Virus record (IMG/VR): IMGVR_UViG_3300008120_000087
Direction: 5' to 3' (one strand)
Length of the DNA stretch: 20,000 bases
DNA from: an uncultured virus (IMG/VR IMGVR_UViG_3300008120_000087)
Taxonomy: Duplodnaviria; Heunggongvirae; Uroviricota; Caudoviricetes
Position numbers and translations under genes: made by a program. Below, piece by piece: positions 9,607 through 16,683 of the stretch; positions within the stretch are counted from its first letter, which is position 1, and every line of letters starts with the position of its first letter. The notes below the pieces were generated by a model that made no database searches, was not told the origin of the DNA, and saw only the letters and a program-made list of their open reading frames with translations.

Positions 9607-9713
9607 TGGCACAGAAAAAGAAAAAACCGAGACCTATGAGAAGCAAACGCTCAGGGATTAAAACGATGAAAAGAATAAACAAGAACCATGAGGTTCTAAA
9701 AAACTTTAAATAA
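9606..9713 (+). CDS. Small basic protein (35 aa)
   Basis: ATG overlaps the upstream TAA. MAQKKKKPRPMRSKRSGIKTMKRINKNHEVLKNFK ends just before the next ATG at 9715. Confidence 0.6.
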   Translation: MAQKKKKPRPMRSKRSGIKTMKRINKNHEVLKNFK

Positions 9714-9714
9714 T

Positions 9715-10089
9715 ATGTGGCAAGCAAATGTAACAATTCAAAACAACACCGAATATAATTTAACCATAGACGGTGTGGGTCTTGGTAATACAACCATCGG
9801 AGCAAACTCAGAGACACAATGGTCATCTCAGGAAGTTCATAATACCAAATCATTATTGTTTTGGGTGGAACCAAACGTATGGTATATGCAAGGGAATCTT
9901 TCATTTGGTCCTGAGGCGGGAGTCTATGTCGATAGAGGATGGATGGCTGATGGAGTTCAAACACTTAAAATGACAGCAACTGCAAATGGCAAGTCGTGGA
10001 CCCAAACATCAAACGGCGGGGAAACACTATTAGCGTGGAATGAATTCGAAGATGGGGGTGATATAACTCTTACTTTCGAACATCAATAA
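9715..10089 (+). CDS. Hypothetical all-beta protein
   Basis: 124-aa ORF rich in T/N/G/W, followed by a terminator. Confidence 0.75.
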   Translation: MWQANVTIQNNTEYNLTIDGVGLGNTTIGANSETQWSSQEVHNTKSLLFWVEPNVWYMQGNLSFGPEAGVYVDRGWMADGVQTLKMTATANGKSWTQTSNGGETLLAWNEFEDGGDITLTFEHQ

Positions 10090-10093
10090 AATT

Positions 10094-10125
10094 AACCCTC
10101 ACAGAAATGTGGGGGTTTTCTTTTT
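10094..10125 (+). terminator. Intrinsic terminator
   Basis: AACCCTCACA-GAAA-TGTGGGGGTT followed by a T-rich tail. Confidence 0.85.
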
Positions 10126-10150
10126 CATATTCAATATTAGATTTGAACAT

Positions 10151-10447
10151 ATGAAAAACATTCCATTATTTAGAACCGTAAAACACACTTATTATGAAAG
10201 GTGTGATGTCCAAAAAGAACAATATACCATACAAGTTAAGAAGAAGTTTTTATTCTTTTGGGAAAGATGGTATACAATCAAAGAAATGGTTTGTGGATGG
10301 GGTGATTGTCACACCACAGCAATTGTATTCAAAACAGAATCGGAAGCAATATATGCAATCAAGAATTTGAAAAACGGTTATCTTGCCGATGGATGGACAG
10401 GAGAAGTCTCTACGGTATTAGATTTTAATAAGAAGTTAGAATATTAG
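10151..10447 (+). CDS. Hypothetical phage protein
   Basis: Start moved to ATG 10151, 13 nt after TAGATTTG (-7 box, 10138-45). Contains YTIQVKKKFLFFWERW. Confidence 0.7.
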   Translation: MKNIPLFRTVKHTYYERCDVQKEQYTIQVKKKFLFFWERWYTIKEMVCGWGDCHTTAIVFKTESEAIYAIKNLKNGYLADGWTGEVSTVLDFNKKLEY

Positions 10448-10827
10448 TTTTTGGTGGGGTAAATGTCAATCTCATCAATATCACCACCCAAAGTCTCACT
10501 AACCCAATCAGCAACGATATCAAGAACCTTGCTTTCTCTAATGGAGAATGTCTTTTTCAGTGCATCAACAATTCTGTGGTGGATGTGAAGACTACCAACA
10601 CCATTGTGTGGAGGAGTATCTTCGTCGTCGTCCCAAGAATTACCTGGCCCAAACCAAAAATAGTTCATGAGTTCATTACCATCATTATCAAACATATTAA
10701 TCCTCCATGTATTACCGTCTTTTACATATGGATTAATTTCTTTTCTAAAGTCTTTGTTAGAGAACATTTCATTCAAGTATCTGTATATCAAAGAATGAAG
10801 TTGTGTTTGTGTTATAATATATCTCAT
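10444..10827 (-). CDS. Hypothetical protein with MRYIITQTQL leader
   Basis: N-term resembles MKYIITESQL at 19296. Confidence 0.75.
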   Translation of the reverse strand: MRYIITQTQLHSLIYRYLNEMFSNKDFRKEINPYVKDGNTWRINMFDNDGNELMNYFWFGPGNSWDDDEDTPPHNGVGSLHIHHRIVDALKKTFSIRESKVLDIVADWVSETLGGDIDEIDIYPTKN

Positions 10828-10829
10828 GA

Positions 10830-11147
10830 TTATTTATTTACATAGGTTACAACGATTGTTATAGGGTGTTCTTCGTGTGGGGAAAAATAATCATTTGGTT
10901 GCAGTCCCGTGGTTTTGATTCCGAAGAAGTTATATATTTGGTCTCTAATTTCGCGTTTAAACATGTTGGCTTTATGTTGTTTTTGGTCCTTATGCTGCGG
11001 ATTAACAATATACCTGTCGTCGATTTCCTCGAAGTAAAATATGATACTATACTTACCCATTTTACTGCCCTGAACATAAACATCATAGGGGGAATATAAT
11101 TCCTTAACAAATTTAACAATCCTATTTACTTCTTGTTCGACGGTCAT
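10830..11147 (-). CDS. Hypothetical phage protein
   Basis: Tightly packed between its neighbours (4-nt overlap and 2-nt gap). Confidence 0.7.
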   Translation of the reverse strand: MTVEQEVNRIVKFVKELYSPYDVYVQGSKMGKYSIIFYFEEIDDRYIVNPQHKDQKQHKANMFKREIRDQIYNFFGIKTTGLQPNDYFSPHEEHPITIVVTYVNK

Positions 11148-11398
11148 TTATCCTCAACTTTTTTAAAATCAACGATTATGTCTCCCTTACCACTCGGACC
11201 AAGCATTTTATATAAAGTCGCGGTCTCTTCCATAATCTCAATAGCATCTTTATGCTCAAGTGGTGGATTAAAATAATAAGTAATTCTATACCAATCCTCA
11301 TTCATATAAAAGTTAGAAACATCCACTCCAATAAGTGAATTATACTTCTTTACAATCAATTGTTCTAATATCTTCTGAAGTGCTTCTCCCATATCCAT
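11144..11398 (-). CDS. Hypothetical phage protein (start may be ATG at 11392)
   Basis: Minus-strand TATTTAT at 11403-11397 overlaps the first ATG. Confidence 0.7.
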   Translation of the reverse strand: MDMGEALQKILEQLIVKKYNSLIGVDVSNFYMNEDWYRITYYFNPPLEHKDAIEIMEETATLYKMLGPSGKGDIIVDFKKVEDK

Positions 11399-11414
11399 AA
11401 ATATAGTAAAAAAA

Positions 11415-11515
11415 GATTATCCAATTAATTCGTTCAGTTCATATCGGACACAAATACATTCCTCACCTTCGGTTCGGAAGTGTCCTCATTCACTTCACTC
11501 TTTAATTGTATAATC
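11415..11515 (-). repeat. Structured hairpin element, copy A
   Basis: Outer stem GATTATcCAATTAA/TTAATTGtATAATC. Inner stems GGACAC/GTGTCC, TTCC/GGAA, ACC/GGT. Confidence 0.8.
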
Positions 11516-11560
11516 GAACTGTTAAGTAATCCTTGTTGATTCATACAAGATTAAAGATAA

Positions 11561-11598
11561 CCCCCCACCTAATAAACCCCCCGCATAAGTGAGGGGGT
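11561..11598. repeat. C-rich motif, copy 1
   Basis: CCCCCCAC..ATAA..CCCCCC..AGTGAGGGG, similar to 13045-13079. Confidence 0.6.
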
Positions 11599-11608
11599 AA
11601 AATAATTT

Positions 11609-11639
11609 TTTGTAAGAAGAAAAATATTTTTTATTTTAG
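11609..11639 (+). promoter_or_regulatory. Bacteroidota-type promoter (one mismatch)
   Basis: TTTG (11609-12), N19, TATTTTAG (11632-39). Confidence 0.5.
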
Positions 11640-11654
11640 CTCATAAAATAATTT

Positions 11655-12407
11655 ATGAGTCAAGGTTATTGTTACATTGGAAGAATGGTTGACCATCTTG
11701 GTAATTTTATAACGAATTATTATAAGTTAGGTCGGTCCATAGATTATAAATCCCGAGAAACCGCGTTAAATTCTACACACATGCCTGTGGACGTTGTGTT
11801 TATACGTATATTCCAAACTAATCACATGAGTTCCTTAGAAAAGGCCCTCCACGCATGTTTCGAAGAATATAGAGTTACTAAAGAATATAACGATAGAAAA
11901 AGTATTACCACTGAATGGTTTGATTGTGATGATGAGGATTTATTACACAAAAAAATTACTAAACTTACCAATTATTTTCCCGAAACACTTGAACTTGATT
12001 TAACTGAATCAATTGTCTCAGATTCAGGGACCACTCAAACTCAAAAAATTGAGATTTTAGAAAATATCAAAAAAGTCAGGTCTTCAATCAAAATCTTTAT
12101 TGATAATACTGAATTTGTCGCGGATACAACTATTGATAGATATGTTCTTCTTGGTCAGTATCTCTCAACCAATTTCTCACCTGAAGTTTTACTTACCAAG
12201 TTACCCAATTACTTCAAAAAGACAAAAGATGAACTCCCTTCGTCTATGACTTCAGACCCAAAAAAAATGAACAGAAATAGCTTCATTCAGTTAGAAAATG
12301 GTCTTTTCTTCATTACATGGGGAAATGTTAAACAAAGAACGGGCATGATTGATAACATCAAACAATCACTATCTATCCCTATCTCATATGAAGTTTATCA
12401 AGTTTAG
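11655..12407 (+). CDS. GIY-YIG superfamily (T5orf172/Mug113-like) protein with unknown C-terminal domain
   Basis: GYCYI...YKLGRS...R...L...LEKALH..F...TEWF. Confidence 0.8.
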   Translation: MSQGYCYIGRMVDHLGNFITNYYKLGRSIDYKSRETALNSTHMPVDVVFIRIFQTNHMSSLEKALHACFEEYRVTKEYNDRKSITTEWFDCDDEDLLHKKITKLTNYFPETLELDLTESIVSDSGTTQTQKIEILENIKKVRSSIKIFIDNTEFVADTTIDRYVLLGQYLSTNFSPEVLLTKLPNYFKKTKDELPSSMTSDPKKMNRNSFIQLENGLFFITWGNVKQRTGMIDNIKQSLSIPISYEVYQV

Positions 12408-12498
12408 ATTATACAACAAGTTCATTCACTACGGACACAATACATCCCTCACCTAAAGGTTCGGGAGTGTCCTTCATTCACTCACTTGTTGTATAATC
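12407..12498 (-). repeat. Structured hairpin element, copy B
   Basis: Perfect stem GATTATACAACAAGT/ACTTGTTGTATAATC. Inner stems GGACAC/GTGTCC, TCCC/GGGA, ACCT/AGGT. It fills the entire gap between two convergent stop codons. Confidence 0.85.
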
Positions 12499-12957
12499 TT
12501 ATTTCGGCGAGAAAACTATAGTAACATCATAACCAATAGCATCAAGATATGACCTAAGGTTTTTGATTGTTATATTACCATATTCGTATCTCTTTTCGAT
12601 ATCTGAAACAGCTTGTTTACTTATCTTCATTTTTTTACCAACTTCTTCCATACTCATCTTCTTCTGTTTTCTTAGACTAGCTAAATTACCGTGTTGTTTG
12701 TTATCTGACTTATATGGGGGGAACTGACTGATATAGTCAATCAATTCTTTATTAGGATTAAACCACTCTCCTCTGGTATGGTAATCGTTAAATTTAATAT
12801 GTAATTCTTTTTCGGTTTTATCATTTCCTTCACAAACCGCTAACACTTTTAACTCATATGGTGAAGATGTCTGTAAGTTACTTAGTCTATTTTTAATATC
12901 TGTAGTGAAACCAATTTTAATGTGTTTGGTTTCTAAATTTTCTATAAAGTATATCAT
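12499..12957 (-). CDS. GIY-YIG (Mug113/T5orf172-like) domain fused to XRE-type HTH
   Basis: MIYFI...IKIGFT..R..LQT...EKELH..F...RGEWF, then LASLRKQKKMSMEEVGKKMKISKQAVSDIEK. Start at 12957, 11 nt after TACTTAT. Confidence 0.85.
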   Translation of the reverse strand: MIYFIENLETKHIKIGFTTDIKNRLSNLQTSSPYELKVLAVCEGNDKTEKELHIKFNDYHTRGEWFNPNKELIDYISQFPPYKSDNKQHGNLASLRKQKKMSMEEVGKKMKISKQAVSDIEKRYEYGNITIKNLRSYLDAIGYDVTIVFSPK

Positions 12958-13044
12958 AGTAATAAGTATCACCCATTTAAGTAAAGTTATAACTTTACTT
13001 TTACATAAAAAAGTAAGACTACACAGTATATGAACTTGACTTTT

Positions 13045-13079
13045 CCCCCACCCATAAGTTCCCCCCACTCAGTGAGGGG
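13045..13079. repeat. C-rich motif, copy 2
   Basis: CCCCCACCCATAAGTTCCCCCCACTCAGTGAGGGG. Confidence 0.6.
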
Positions 13080-13102
13080 ACAGATGAGATGGTGATTACA
13101 TA

Positions 13103-13176
13103 ATCGTCTAATGAAACGATATTATAGACAATCGTATATTCACACGATATAATGACATATCGTATAACGAAACGAT
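13103..13176. repeat. Three palindromic ATCGT-N8-ACGAT sites at a 28-bp period
   Basis: Sites start at 13103, 13131 and 13159. A degenerate fourth (ATCGT-N8-ATAAT) is at 13216. Confidence 0.8.
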
Positions 13177-13477
13177 ATATGATAAGTTATAAACATGATT
13201 ACAATATACAACACTATCGTGATAAACTATAATCATATCTATAACTTTTTACCTCCACATTTTACCACCATATACTACTTGTCCATCGCTACAGGGAGAC
13301 AAAATGTCCCTCTCGTTGAAGGTTAATTAATACACATTAAAGGTTCACTACGTTCACTCCCCCCGTCTCATACTTAATCTTCCTTTTTTTGCTAAGAAAC
13401 ATACATATTAAAAAACTGGTCTTCCTGATACCGTGAGAGGGGAAAAAGTGGTCTTTACACTATCTACATGACCATAA

Positions 13478-13536
13478 GTGGTGGGAAAATGTGGGAATGA
13501 GTGGTGGGGAAAAGTGGGGGAAAATGGGTCGAGGGG
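13478..13536 (+). repeat. G-tract cluster (GTGGGAAAA-like repeats, G-quadruplex potential)
   Basis: Six runs of at least 3 G within about 55 nt. 13479-13494 is a 15/16 inverted match to 13255-13270. Confidence 0.6.
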
Positions 13537-13586
13537 ATTATCCCCTATGCAACGCTCCCCTGACATTATGACAAAATCAAAAAAAG

Positions 13587-13662
13587 TTATCCACATTTAC
13601 CCCCAACGAAAGAAAAGTTTTCCACACTGACATAGCGTCAGGACCAAAAGAAGTTTTCCACA
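13587..13662 (+). promoter_or_regulatory. Cluster of three DnaA-box consensus sites
   Basis: TTATCCACA 13587, TTTTCCACA 13618 and 13654, each preceded by AAG. Confidence 0.6.
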
Positions 13663-13689
13663 TTCTTTATTTTTATATGTTCCTAAACT

Positions 13690-13971
13690 ATGTTTAATGG
13701 GACCATGGACAAACTGTCATTTGATATCACACTGATTACCCCTGACCGAATATCGGTGGAGGTAAGTTTCAAGCTCGGGGACCTGAGGGAACACTTAGGG
13801 ATTTTATATTTCGAGAAGGCAAAGACGGGGTTTGTAAGAAAACCTATCGGACTAAACGCATGGGCATGCGTGGATGCAAAAGTGGAGGGACTCTATACGA
13901 AAGACGAGTCCATTACCCCAACTCAGATAATAGAGAAGTGTAGGGAGTTAATAAGAGGGGCGGGGCTCTAA
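13690..13971 (+). CDS. Hypothetical protein (start may be 13705)
   Basis: 93-aa ORF with protein-like composition. Confidence 0.65.
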   Translation: MFNGTMDKLSFDITLITPDRISVEVSFKLGDLREHLGILYFEKAKTGFVRKPIGLNAWACVDAKVEGLYTKDESITPTQIIEKCRELIRGAGL

Positions 13972-14051
13972 GGTTTCTTTTTTCCAAAGAGAATATCCCA
14001 CACACCAAGGATAATGTAGCCAACAAGAAGGGCTTTTAAAAATCGTCTCAT
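13968..14051 (-). CDS. Small membrane peptide (27 aa)
   Basis: MRRFLKALLVGYIILGVWDILFGKKKP. The ATG directly follows the upstream TAA. Below the ORF-track cutoff. Confidence 0.55.
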   Translation of the reverse strand: MRRFLKALLVGYIILGVWDILFGKKKP

Positions 14052-14183
14052 TTAATCTTTTGTTTGTTTGATGAAAAATGCAACAAGGGCTCCCACGAAA
14101 AGGTAAGCCATAAAGTTCGGGATATGATTCCAACCCCAAACAAACAGAAACCCAAGAATAAGAAAATAAATAATTCTTAACAT
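14052..14183 (-). CDS. Small two-helix membrane protein (43 aa)
   Basis: MLRIIYFLILGFLFVWGWNHIPNFMAYLFVGALVAFFIKQTKD. The ATG overlaps the end of the upstream gene. Confidence 0.65.
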   Translation of the reverse strand: MLRIIYFLILGFLFVWGWNHIPNFMAYLFVGALVAFFIKQTKD

Positions 14184-14575
14184 AAGTTATTTTTTATATC
14201 GGTCCAACATTTCGAAAACAATTTTTCATTCCCCCTCGCCTCAACTTCTTGTGGGTGTCTTCTATATCCAACTTCCCTTAATACCTTCGAATATCCACGA
14301 AGGTCCTGAAGAAAATGGGTATACTCATGAATGACAACCTTCACCACATCTCTCACCGACTGACACATATTTCTGTGGACGATGATGGTATTCTTTTTGG
14401 GGTCATACATCCCATAACAATTTTCCCCATGGGTCTGAGTCAGAACCCTAAACTTAAGTTTGGTCCTCTTCCTTTTTTTTCCCATGTTCTTCTCACACCA
14501 CATAATGGTCTCACCAACCACGTCCCTAATATATGGGGTGGTCATCGTGATGGTCGGGGTTTTAAGATATAACAT
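14177..14575 (-). CDS. HExxH zinc-metallopeptidase-like protein
   Basis: YGMYD...IIVH...VVIHEYTHFLQ...HPQEVEA. Start at 14575. Confidence 0.75.
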   Translation of the reverse strand: MLYLKTPTITMTTPYIRDVVGETIMWCEKNMGKKRKRTKLKFRVLTQTHGENCYGMYDPKKNTIIVHRNMCQSVRDVVKVVIHEYTHFLQDLRGYSKVLREVGYRRHPQEVEARGNEKLFSKCWTDIKNNLC

Positions 14576-14579
14576 AAGG

Positions 14580-14611
14580 CAAAGATACGACAATTATTTC
14601 ATTCCACCAAA
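14580..14611 (-). promoter_or_regulatory. Bacteroidota sigma70-type promoter
   Basis: Minus strand TTTG (14611-08), N20, TATCTTTG (14587-80). Confidence 0.75.
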
Positions 14612-14750
14612 AGAAATCTTATCCATGGGGTATAAGCAAGCTACCTCTGATTCAGCTCCAAGGGTTATTCCCCAGCCCGTCCATACACTCCCGCTTCAGA
14701 CATAACAAAGGTCCGAAGTATTTATGATATAACCAAATTTATTTTTTTTA

Positions 14751-15245
14751 ATGCCTGTCGAACAACATAACTATGTAACCAAAGATGAAGTGGAAAGCTC
14801 CTATGAGTATAAGTTAATCAAAAGGATTCTTAAAAGGGAATACCCATGGATTATAGATATCAGGGTCCCAAGTGATGAGGAGATAAACCAATATAACCTC
14901 ATCTTCCTCGACGTGTTCGTGGACCCCTTCATCCTACAAAAACAAACGGGGTGGCCAATGGTATCATACCTAAGATATTATTTGGATAAAAGACTTGGTC
15001 ATCACCTCCCAAACACTTATGAAACCTCATACCTCGCCACAATGTTTAATGTGGATAGAGAACAGACACAAGATATACAAGCCGACGTGGAGAAGACAAT
15101 GAAATCTGTATCCACATCTAACGCAATCCCCGAAGACCTTAAGATACGTAAAGGTAGAAGCTTCGTGGTGGGGTCATGGATTATCCCCGAGATAAAAGAG
15201 ATACCATCTGACGCAGTATTCACTGAACGAAATCGGACATTCTGA
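14751..15245 (+). CDS. Hypothetical phage protein
   Basis: 164-aa ORF. TATTTAT at 14719. Confidence 0.75.
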   Translation: MPVEQHNYVTKDEVESSYEYKLIKRILKREYPWIIDIRVPSDEEINQYNLIFLDVFVDPFILQKQTGWPMVSYLRYYLDKRLGHHLPNTYETSYLATMFNVDREQTQDIQADVEKTMKSVSTSNAIPEDLKIRKGRSFVVGSWIIPEIKEIPSDAVFTERNRTF

Positions 15246-15260
15246 CAAAACCAAATTAAC

Positions 15261-15417
15261 TTTTCCACATCCTATCTGTTGATAAATGTATAGGGGGTGG
15301 GAATAACTATTTATCCACAACACCCCCCTTCGGCATGGGGGCATACCCCCCTATGGGGGCCCCCCTCCCCCCGTATCCCCCCTTATGTAGGTCAAAATGT
15401 CAGTTTTGGGGGGGATA
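15261..15417. other. Non-coding block with DnaA-type boxes and homopolymeric C/G runs
   Basis: TTTTCCACA 15261, TTATCCACA 15311, near-box TGTTGATAA 15277. Five C6 runs (15323, 15346, 15360, 15367, 15377) plus G5/G7 runs. Confidence 0.65.
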
Positions 15418-15492
15418 ATACCTTGAATAACGCAAAAAAAATTTTTGGGAAAAATTGTCCTTTTTCGGTATATTTATAATAAAATTATTTAT

Positions 15493-15876
15493 ATGTCAAA
15501 AGTTATAAAACTTACAGAACAAGATTTGGTTCGTTTGGCGAAAAGAGTAATTCAAGAACAATCAGAGACTTTAGAATCTTTTTTACAAATGGTAAAAAAA
15601 GATTTTTTAAAGAAAGGATTCAAACTTATTAAAAGCAATTATTCACTTTTATCAATGTACAAGAGACCTTACACGGTTGATTTTTATGATGAAGGAGGTC
15701 AAAAAAAATTGATTTTAAGTGACACGGGGACAAGTCCAGAATCTACAATAATTTATTTGAATAACTATAGTATGTTCGGACCTTTCGTTGTAGAATATTT
15801 TAAAGGTGGAAAAAAAATCAAAACAGAAAAATTGGATGGATATAAAATTGGGCAACTTCTCCAAAACTTTGGGTAA
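15493..15876 (+). CDS. Cassette 1: LTE leader + unknown domain
   Basis: MSKVIKLTEQDLVRLAKRVIQEQ. TATTTAT at 15471. Paralog of 17222. Confidence 0.8.
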   Translation: MSKVIKLTEQDLVRLAKRVIQEQSETLESFLQMVKKDFLKKGFKLIKSNYSLLSMYKRPYTVDFYDEGGQKKLILSDTGTSPESTIIYLNNYSMFGPFVVEYFKGGKKIKTEKLDGYKIGQLLQNFG

Positions 15877-15900
15877 TAAAGAAATTTAACTATAAACATG

Positions 15901-15929
15901 ACCCTCTTCCGAAACGAAGGGGGTTTTTT
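15901..15929 (+). terminator. Array terminator, copy 1
   Basis: ACCCTCTTC-CGAAAC-GAAGGGGGT-TTTTT. Confidence 0.85.
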
Positions 15930-15976
15930 AATTTGAAATTTTTGGGAAAAAAAAGAACATTTCTTATTTTTGTGTT

Positions 15977-16228
15977 ATGGAAAATTTATGGATAAAATCA
16001 CATCAGTTTATTTTGGATTGTAATGTTGGGGACCATTATATGAATGGGAGTAATAAGGTCTCGGTTGTTAGAAGGTCACCGAAAAGAATATATTTTTCAA
16101 ATGGGGAACTTATAACAATCAAAAAAAGTAAACATGGGTTTTATCATTTGTCGGGTAGGAATGTAAACCAAGTATTGAGAGATATTGAAGGTTATATTCT
16201 TTTTCTAAAACACGACCATTTGATTTAA
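15977..16228 (+). CDS. Cassette 2: hypothetical protein without leader, host-type promoter
   Basis: TTTG (15941-44), N20, TATTTTTG (15965-72). Confidence 0.7.
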   Translation: MENLWIKSHQFILDCNVGDHYMNGSNKVSVVRRSPKRIYFSNGELITIKKSKHGFYHLSGRNVNQVLRDIEGYILFLKHDHLI

Positions 16229-16283
16229 TTTATCCTTCAACTGAGAAAAAAATTTTTGGGAGTATTTATTGGAAACATATTTT

Positions 16284-16580
16284 ATGAATAGAAGTTTCAG
16301 TAAAATAAGACATATTCAGGAATCAAATTTAATGTTGGAAAAAAGATTATTGAAGGAACAACCTGAAAGTAGATTTGGTATGCACAATCTTTCTGAACAA
16401 TCAACTCCTCAAACAATAAAATCAGACCCTAATGCGGTTAAATCAACTGAAGAACTAATAAAAAATATTAAATCAGGTTTTTGTATTCCCTCATATGAGT
16501 ATGGTTCTAGAACAAGAATAGATTGTAAGGATAAAAGATATTATGAAATAAGATACTACAGACGATTCGGTCAAAGTTAA
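16284..16580 (+). CDS. Cassette 3: MNRS-type leader + small cargo
   Basis: MNRSFSKIRHIQESNLMLEKRLLKEQ. TATTTAT at 16263. Confidence 0.75.
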   Translation: MNRSFSKIRHIQESNLMLEKRLLKEQPESRFGMHNLSEQSTPQTIKSDPNAVKSTEELIKNIKSGFCIPSYEYGSRTRIDCKDKRYYEIRYYRRFGQS

Positions 16581-16591
16581 TCTGAAATAAG

Positions 16592-16620
16592 ACCCTCTTC
16601 AATTACGAAGGGGGTTTTTT
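16592..16620 (+). terminator. Array terminator, copy 2
   Basis: ACCCTCTTC-AATTAC-GAAGGGGGT-TTTTT. Confidence 0.85.
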
Positions 16621-16683
16621 CTTAAAAAAATTTTTTGGGAAAAAATTGTCCTTTTTGGGTCTATTTATAGTAAAATAAGTTAT

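Noticed and set aside
9715..10089. Aegerolysin/actinoporin-like call for the beta-rich ORF
   Set aside because: Only a vague VTIxNNT resemblance; not supportable without a profile search.
13103..13176. 28-bp periodic repeats as a mini-CRISPR
   Set aside because: The conserved parts are only 5-bp arms and the unit is too short for repeat plus spacer.
13408..13596. 62-aa minus-strand ORF (and the 60-aa ORF at 15297-15479)
   Set aside because: Pro-rich translations of G/C-tract non-coding DNA with non-ATG starts.
13948..14139. 63-aa minus-strand ORF from the track
   Set aside because: A different frame gives two coupled ATG-started membrane ORFs that tile the gap exactly.
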